Positions 56,130 through 64,000 of a stretch of DNA of 64,000 nt are shown in pieces. Below the pieces are notes generated by a model that was not told the origin of the DNA, did no database searches, and saw only the letters and a list, made by a program, of their open reading frames with translations. The position numbers and the translations under genes are program-made. Numbering within the stretch: position 1 is the first letter of the stretch; each line of letters begins with the position of its first letter. The stretch is from NCBI RefSeq assembly GCF_006345805.1, contig NC_043006.1, forward strand, positions 58,900,001 to 58,964,000, given 5' to 3'. This DNA comes from Octopus sinensis (lineage: Eukaryota).

Positions 56130-56870
56130 CTAAGTCTATTACATGAACTATAGTACTCAACTGGTACTTATTTCATCTACCTCGAAAGGAGAAAAGGAAA
56201 TTCGGTGGAATTCGAATACAAAACGTAAAACCGGAGGAAATGCCATTTAGCATTATTTCCAACGTTTTAGCTATTCTGTCAGATCGCCGCCTTATTTAAG
56301 CCTTTCTACTTGTGCCTTTGCACAAGGCCTGAAATTTTGGAGAAGGAGACTAATCGATTACATCGAACCCAGTGTTTCACTGGTACTTAATTTTGCGACC
56401 CCGAAAGGATGAATGGCAAAGTCGACCTCGGAGGAATTTGAACTCAGAACGTAAAGACATACGAAATGTCGCTAAGCATTTTGCCCAGCGTGCTGACGAA
56501 TCTGCCTACTCGCTGCCTTAATAACGATTTCAAATTTTGGCACAAGGCCAGCAGTTTCAGAGGATGGGATCAGTCGATTACATCGACCCTGAAAGGGGTG
56601 AAATGCAAAGTCGACTTGGGCAGAAATTGAACTTAGAACGTATATACGGACGAAATGCCGCTAAGCATTTTGCCCAGGGTGCTAACGTTTCCGCCAGCTT
56701 GCCGCCTTTCACCACCTTAATAATGATAATGATAAAGATTTCAAATTTTGGCATAAAGCCAGCAATTTTGGAGGAGGTGACAAGTCGATTATATCGACAC
56801 CATTATTCGACTGGTACTTGTTTTATCGACCTCGAATGGGTGATAAATAAAGTCGACAGCGACGGAATTG
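56130..56870 (-). mobile_element. Cluster of Deu/Nin-type SINE copies
   Basis: Repeated ACTGGTACTT..ATCGACC..GAAAGG..AAAGTCGAC..GAATTTGAACTCAGAAC. Further copies near 37250, 46250, 49700, 59980, 60330 and 63480. Confidence 0.85.
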
Positions 56871-56871
56871 A

Positions 56872-56926
<55 letters not shown>

Positions 56927-56929
56927 TAT

Positions 56930-57135
56930 TCTGACAAATACATAACAAAAACACCAGGACTTACAAACACATATAACATACAGAAAATTGCACTACTAGG
57001 CACTGCACACATCCTACGCAGAACACTTTCCATACAATAACCATCAGAGCATCACAACAAATCACAGCACATACCCAAGGCACACAGAGCTGCGCTCGGT
57101 AGTGAAGTGAAAGTACGCTATAGAAAAAACAATAA
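56930..57135 (+). mobile_element. Short R4/Dong 3' end inside (AAT)n
   Basis: PGLTNTYNIQKIALLGTAHILRRTLSIQ* plus UTR, flanked by (AAT)n on both sides. Confidence 0.85.
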
Positions 57136-58865
57136 TAATAATAAATGAAATAATAAAGATGTAGGTAAGTCTATAAGTTATGCAGCATCCATGAACGTAT
57201 CTAGCAGTTTAAATGTTGCTAGCTAGTAATAGGCATGGCGACAAATTTCCGCGTCTGTTTGAATGTTGTGTCTTTATTAAGTTTCCATCCTGGCATATGT
57301 TATTGGAACTTACTTTTGTTTAGTGTATCTTAGAAAATTCTGAAGTTTAGTTTAATAGTAAAAATTAAATTTTCTCCGGTAATTAATTTGAAAGTTTGGA
57401 ATAGGAGGTGACTGACTGATCAAAGACTGAAAGTAGATTACTTATATTTTAGTAAAATGTAAATGCAGTTAGATAAAAAAACGACATCTGAAGGAGACAC
57501 AGAAGTGATAATTGGTGACAGACTCAAACCCACTCTTGATTTGAACACGATGACTATCATATTTGTGGTTGTTTAACCCCAGGCCATCTCTGGTTGAGCA
57601 GAATTGTGATCAAAAGCGTTACAGGGGTAAATCTGAAAACATTATTTAATGTAACCTTTTCTTTGTATAACTTGCTAAGGTGCAATTTGATTGAGATTTG
57701 ACTGCTATTTCGATTTTAGCATTTAAAAAAAAAATTATTCTATTCCTATGGCGTTTGTATTTATATAAGTCCACCGAATGCAAACAGGATTATCCTGTTT
57801 TCAAGTGGTTTAGCTAACTGTACAAGACCTTCCGCAGAATGAGACGTCACGTGGTGGCGCTGGTAATCATATTCAGTCTACTGTACAGGAGCAAAGTGAC
57901 AGTGTGTTTTGTTTAACACATAAAGAGCGACGGGCCACGATCATGGCCCAGATAGATGCATTTAATTTATGGGCATTTGTTTGGGTCTAATGTCACTCAA
58001 ACGTTCCGATACCCACCAGAATGCAAAAGGACTAATAGTTCAACTAATGACTTTTCAGATGATGTAAAACTTGCCACCATTATATTCTAAGAAAATATTT
58101 GAACAATTTTTTTGATTTTATGTGTGCATGGTAGTCACATTTTCATAAAATGAGCTCAGCAGTCTATGCTATGTAAATGCAAATCCCAGCGCTTTATGCG
58201 TTAAGAACAGAGCGCGCCAGCCGATCCTTCTCCCCCACCTACCAAAGCCGAAACTTTGACTTCACAACCTTAGGCCCTACACTTCTTGTCAGTAAGCCAC
58301 ATGTTTTCACAATAACTGCATTTACAATTTAAATATATAAATGTATTCAACTTTCAGTCTAAGATTAATTATCAAATATTTAATTAAATTATAAAATTAC
58401 CAAAGGTCAGACACGCTTACTACATTAAAATTGAATGCTTGTTTTCAATTTTAATTAATTTATATTTAGAAGCTGTATCCCTCTGCATCTGTCTTGAACA
58501 GAATGAATTATTAACCTAATGCTCTTCTTTTCTCCTCACTACAGTAGTAAAATTTAATTTATGAACCATATTTATTTTCAAAATATTCACTACATTAAGA
58601 ATGTTATGACCAAGTTAACGGTTGTATTATTAGTCTCTAAAAAAGGGCGAGTCGTTTGCTTTATTACTGGTTTCATATACTTGACTGCAGCTATACTGGG
58701 ACATCACCATAAAGGGTTTAGTCAGCCAAATTGACCCCAATACTTATTCTATCGGTCCTTTTGGCCGAACCGCTAGGTATCAAGGACGTAAACACACCAA
58801 TATCAGTTGTCAAACGATGGTGTAGAGACAAACACAGAGACGGACACACAAATATATATATATAT

Positions 58866-59075
58866 ATAGGGAGAGTTTACGAAAAAAACAAAAGACGAAG
58901 ACAGGTGGTATACAAAACAAACAGATGTATTAGTATAACGCTCCGGAATTGAAAAAAAGTCTTTTACATTTCGAGCCTACGCTCTTCTACAGAAAGGGAC
59001 ACAGAAAAAACAAGGAGAGAAAAAAAATATGTGTAGTGGCTAACGATCTATCATGGCGACTAGTGCCTGACATAT
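58866..59075 (-). mobile_element. Penelope-pLTR-like short element inserted in a SINE; second copy at 17035-17305
   Basis: Shared AAAGACGAAGACAGG..GTCTTTTAC.TTTCGAGCCTACGC..ATCATGGCG in both copies; hammerhead-like GAGC-GTAG-GCTC-GAAA on the - strand. Confidence 0.55.
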
Positions 59076-59269
59076 ATATGTATATAACAGGATTTCAGTT
59101 TCCGTCTACCAAATCCACTCACAAGGCTTTGGCCAGCCCGAGGCTATAGAAGAAAACACTTGCTCAAGGTGCCATGCAGTGGACTGAACCCGGAACTATG
59201 TGGTTGGGAAACAAATTTCTTACCACACAGCCATGCCAGCACCTATGGATACTAATTTTCAAAAGAATA

Positions 59270-59585
59270 TTTATTCTTTGGTTTTCGCCCTTTAAAAGCC
59301 TAGCCAGGCTCATGGGCCCGGTTTCCCGGTTTCTGTGGCCTATGTGTTCCTCCCAGCTGGACGGGACGCCAGCCCATCGCAGCGTTACTCAAGAAACAGG
59401 AAGAGAGACTGAGAGAAAGTTGTGGCGAAAGAGTATAACAGGGGTCACTCCCCCCCTGCCGGAGCCTCGTGGAGCTTTTAGGTGTTTTCGCTCAATAAAC
59501 ACACACACAACGCCCGGTCTTGGAATCGAACCCGCAATTCTCTGACCGCGAGTCCGCTGCCCAACCACCGGGCCATTGCGCCTTC
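59270..59585 (-). mobile_element. tRNA-derived SINE, third family (Meta-domain-like body); partial + strand copy at 55526-55720
   Basis: tRNA-like head GGCGCAATGGCCCGGTGGTTGG..GGTTCGATTCC; body with GGGACGCCAGCCCATCGCAG resembles the MetaSINE core. Confidence 0.7.
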
Positions 59586-61624
59586 ACAAAAGCATATTTA
59601 TTACCTTAACATTAAATTAAATAAAATGAAAGCAACGACGTACATTCTTATTCTTAATTCATTTTGGTGGATACGAACGTGAATATGCTAATCGATGTTG
59701 TCTTTTGTCTACGGAGAACAATTTCTCCTGATTTCTCATTTGTATATCCCCTATAAATACTCATTCATTTACTTCTCATATTCGTCTGCTGTTCTTTTTT
59801 CCCCCTATGTGTGCGTGTAATGTGCATTTATTCAATGTCTGCTACTAAGCATATCATGTGTACTCATCCTTCGCCTCTTATACTAGCCCTCTCTCCATAT
59901 ATCTCTTTTACTTCCCCGCTCTTTCTAAACGACTGGAGAAATCAACCAACATAATATTTGTTATTGATTTTAAATTCTGGCATAAGGCTAGCAGTTTTTG
60001 GGGAGCGGGACTAGTCAATTACATTGACCACAGTAATGAACTGTTACTTATTTTATCGACCCTAAAAGGGTTGGAAATGGGAAAGCTGACCTCAACGGAA
60101 TTTGAACTCAGAACGTGAAGACGGACGAAATGCCACTAAGCATTTCTCCCGGCGTGCTAACGATTTTGCCAACTCTCTGTCTTTGCAAATGTTAATGCTA
60201 CAACTCTTTATATTGTATAATGAATTGTACTGCTTATAAGACTACTTTGCGTGTGTGTATGGGGTGGAAAGTAAATGGGGATGGTGAACTTATATAGGTA
60301 TGGTATACAGAAAAATAAAGTTTATAAAGCCGGATACTTTATTTTATCGACCCTGAATGAGGAAAGGCAAAGTTTACCTCAGCGGGATTTCAAATCAGAT
60401 CGTAAGAGTCGGAACAAATGCCGCTAATCATTTTTTCTGATGCTCTAATGTGTCTGCAAGCTCTTCTCCCAGATAACGTTAGAAGCAGAAGTATAATAAA
60501 TAAAAACTGGATTATCTGATTGCTGACTTTCAATAAAAGTTCAGTTACTTATTCCTGAGAATCCTTAAAATATCCGTTAATGCCTTCTCAAAGAATTCTC
60601 AATAAATCTTAAGCTAATTTTTATCCCTCTCTACTCATTATTTGGAGAAAGGATGTTTAAGGCTACAAGCATATGTATATTTAAACAAAAGAAAAAGATC
60701 TGAACGTAATATAGCACTTTGTTGAAATACCTTCTTCATTCAGCCGTAGGATTAACTAGCAATAAATTTAATGTTTTAAAAATATCTTTCTCAACGGACA
60801 TGTTGGTTACCTTGATATATTACTTTCCTGTCTAGTTGCTCGATGTTCTGTAAAAGAATTACTATTAATAAACATTCCATTAAAAGCTTTCGTTAATTTG
60901 CCACCAATGAAATCAAATAAATAAACAGACTTTCAATTATATATTTAGAATGCCTGATCAGACAGAGTAGATCTATGATCAAAGATCAAACAGAGTACAC
61001 TTGCGATCAAAACCCAGATCTGACCGTGAAGACATACGACAAAGATATTCTTAGTCATGCCGCTTTTAGTCAGTGCTTTTAAGATTACATTATCTGACAT
61101 GTGTCTGTTTTAAATTATTAGAGTTGATGTTTTTAGATCATCTGACCGATCACAGAGAAACTTCCTTCGTTTACTTAAGTAATTCAAGCTGGCTATTATA
61201 TTTCTTATGTACAGTCTCTGATACCATTTTCTGGTAAAATTAACTTCAGTGCAATATAGCCGTGTATCTACCTGTTGATTTGATTTTGTTTCGGAAATTA
61301 CATGATTACAAGACGTCAAGAACCCGCAAAAACGGTAAAATGCGTTCTTGGTCGCTCTCGGGACGTTTTCGTTTCCTTTAGTTCGGAACTATATTGTGCT
61401 TCTTAATACGTCTAAAGAACGGATTCTCCCGGACGAAAATCGCAGCTTCTGCATTTCAACTACACACATACGATAATTTTGGCACAAGGCCAGCAATTTC
61501 GGAGGAAGGGTAAGTCAATTACTTCGACCCCTTAGTATTCAACTGGCTGTTATTTTGTCGAACCCAAAAGGATGTAAAGCAAAAGTAACCTTGGCGGAAT
61601 TTGAACTCTCTGAAGACAGTTGAT

Positions 61625-62775
61625 ATACCTATTTCTTTATTACCCACAAGGGGCTAAACAAGGGGCTGAACAAGCAAGGACAAACAAAGGGATTAAGTAG
61701 ATTACATCGACCCCAGTGCGTAACTGGTACTTAATTTATCGACCCCGAAAGGATGAAAGGCAAAGTCGACCTCGGCGGAATTTGAACTCAGAACGTAACG
61801 GCAGCCGAAATACCTATTTCTTTATTGCCCACAAGGGGCTAAACAAGGGGCTGAACAAGCAAGGACAAACAAAGGGATTAAGTAGATTACATCGACCCCA
61901 GTGCGTAACTGGTACTTAATTTATCGACCCCGAAAGGATGAAAGGCAAAGTCGACCTCGGCGGAATTTGAACTCAGAACGTAACGGCAGCCGAAATACCT
62001 ATTTCTTTACTACCCACAAGAGGCTAAACACAGAGGACAAACAATGACAGACAAACGGATTAAGTCGATTATATCGACCCCAGTGCGTAACTGGTACTTA
62101 ATTTATCGACCCCGAAAGGATGAAAGGCAAAGTCGACCTCGGCGGAATTTGAACTCAGAACGTAACGGCAGCCGAAATACCTATTTCTTTACTACCCACA
62201 AGAGGCTAAACACAGAGGACAAACAATGACAGACAAACGGATTAAGTCGATTATATCGACCCCAGTGCGTAACTGGTACTTAATTTATCGACCCCGAAAG
62301 GATGAAAGGCAAAGTCGACCTCGGCGGAATTTGAACTCAGAACGTAACGGCAGCCGAAATACCTATTTCTTTACTACCCACAAGAGGCTAAACACAGAGG
62401 ACAAACAATGACAGACAAACGGATTAAGTCGATTATATCGACCCCAGTGCGTAACTGGTACTTAATTTATCGACCCCGAAAGGATGAAAGGCAAAGTCGA
62501 CCTCGGCGGAATTTGAACTCAGAACGTAACGGCAGCCGAAATACCTATTTCTTTACTACCCACAAGAGGCTAAACACAGAGGACAAACAAGGACAGACAA
62601 ACGGATTAAGTCGATTATATCGACCCCAGTGCGTAACTGGTACTTAATTTATAGACCCCGAACGGATGAAAGGCAAAGTCGACCTCGGCGGAATTTGAAC
62701 TCAGAATGTATCGGCAGACGAAATACGGCTACGCATTTCGCCCAGCGTGCTAACGTCTCTGCCAGCTCGCCGCCC
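61625..62775 (-). repeat. Head-to-tail array of six tRNA-derived Deu/Nin-domain SINE units (2 x 185 bp + 4 x 182 bp) plus one complete head
   Basis: Unit starts (ATACCT) at 61625, 61810, 61995, 62177, 62359 and 62541. B box GAGTTCAAATTCC and GCCTTTCATCCTTTCGGGGTCGATAAATTAAGTACCAG core on the - strand. Confidence 0.95.
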
Positions 62776-64000
62776 TGTTAAGTATGTTATATTGTTTTAT
62801 TATAGAGCTGCTTCCATTGCATAATTCAAATTTTATCTTGCATTTACCGCAGCTGAAATCTCACATTTACTACAGGTTCATTAATGTATTCAGAGGAAAA
62901 ATTGTTTTTTGCATCTTTCAAAAGCTCTGGTACCTTTTGATATTTTCGGTTGAGTAGATTGATATATGTGTACATCTAGGAGTGGATGAAGTGTGTTATC
63001 TTCTTTCTTTACTCTTTTATGTTCTCTGTAATCTCTATATTTCTTGAGTAAATACTGATATCAATCGTAGCTGAAGCTGATAGTAATTGGGTTTTTCTGT
63101 CAGTGTTTAGAAAAGTTTATGATTTAAGTAATTTTTTTTTATATTGATTAGTTCATTGTTCAATTTCTCATAAAAAAAATCTTAGCATAATTTTCACCGA
63201 CGAGTGTAACGATATGATTAGCAATAAGGAGATATATGGAAATTGAGGAATGGAGCAGTCCAAGTATTGAGTTAGATGAGGGAGGTATTAACGATCAATG
63301 CGATTTTGAAGAGTTTAAGTTCCCAGTGTCTAGGCACTATACATTATCTGTTTAATTACATTATTGTTTGACGCCTATTTTTTATGGGATCCCCATTTAG
63401 AGAGAGCATGTGTGTATGTTTTAACTGTAACATAGGGTGTTACTGATAGATAATATTAGTTTCAATTTATAGTACAAGGCCAGCAATTTCGGGGAGAGGA
63501 TAAATCGATTATATCGAGTCCAGTGTTTAACAGGTACTTATTTTATCGATCTCAAAAGGATGAAAGGCAAGGTCGGCCTCGGCGGAATTTGAACTCAAAA
63601 CGTAAAGACGGATGAAATGCCGCTAAGCATTCTGCCCGGCGTGTTCACGATTCTGCCAGCTCAGCGGCTTACTGATAAATAATATTGGTTTGAACGGATA
63701 CAAGCATAGCTGAATGGTTTAAGAAGTTCGCTTCATCCTCACATGGGTCCGGGTTCGCCCCCGTTGCATGGCCTCTTGAGCAAGCGTAATTTTCAATAGC
63801 CTCAGGTCAACCTCTACCTTGTTAGTGAATTTCAACTGACGTTAATTGTGTAGGAACTAGTCGAGTGGATTGGTACAGCCTTGTCTCATACCGTGTGATG
63901 CTGATTCTGTCTGAGAACTATATTAACGGTACACATTTCTGTGGAATACTCAGTCACTTATATGTTAACTCAATGAGGAAGTAATCCAGTTGAACGAATC

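Noticed and set aside
57839-57916. Signal-peptide-like ORF MRRHVVALVIIFSLLYRSK
   Set aside because: 25 codons, weak donor, no downstream partner exon found.
61625-62775. Regular repeat array as a CRISPR array or repeated small-protein genes
   Set aside because: Units are near-identical SINE copies with no unique spacers and no cas genes; the repeated 61-aa ORFs are antisense SINE readings.
62810-63330. Possible decayed Penelope RT on the - strand
   Set aside because: Faint motif echoes only (TIDIS, YAMEA); needs an HMM search.

Overview
AT-rich, repeat-dominated metazoan DNA, very probably an octopus (inferred from the SINE families, R4/Dong and Penelope elements and dense (TA)n/(CATA)n/(AAT)n microsatellites). 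Nearly all ORFs in the supplied track are microsatellite artefacts. Supported content: a Helitron helicase remnant; several Tc1/mariner relics; a nest of R4/Dong-type RLE LINEs in (AAT)n tracts; a nearly intact Penelope RT/GIY-YIG element; an LTR-like segment; many tRNA-derived SINEs, including a 6-unit tandem array; and a few candidate + strand host exons, one matching the beta/gamma-crystallin Greek-key signature. The most unusual structures are a TSD-flanked foldback carrying two divergent minimal hammerhead ribozyme motifs, a second tandem hammerhead pair, a 33-nt U2 snRNA fragment with TSD whose empty site is also in the window, and a perfect 51-bp hairpin inside a SINE. All alignments and translations were done by eye, so boundaries are approximate unless stated.
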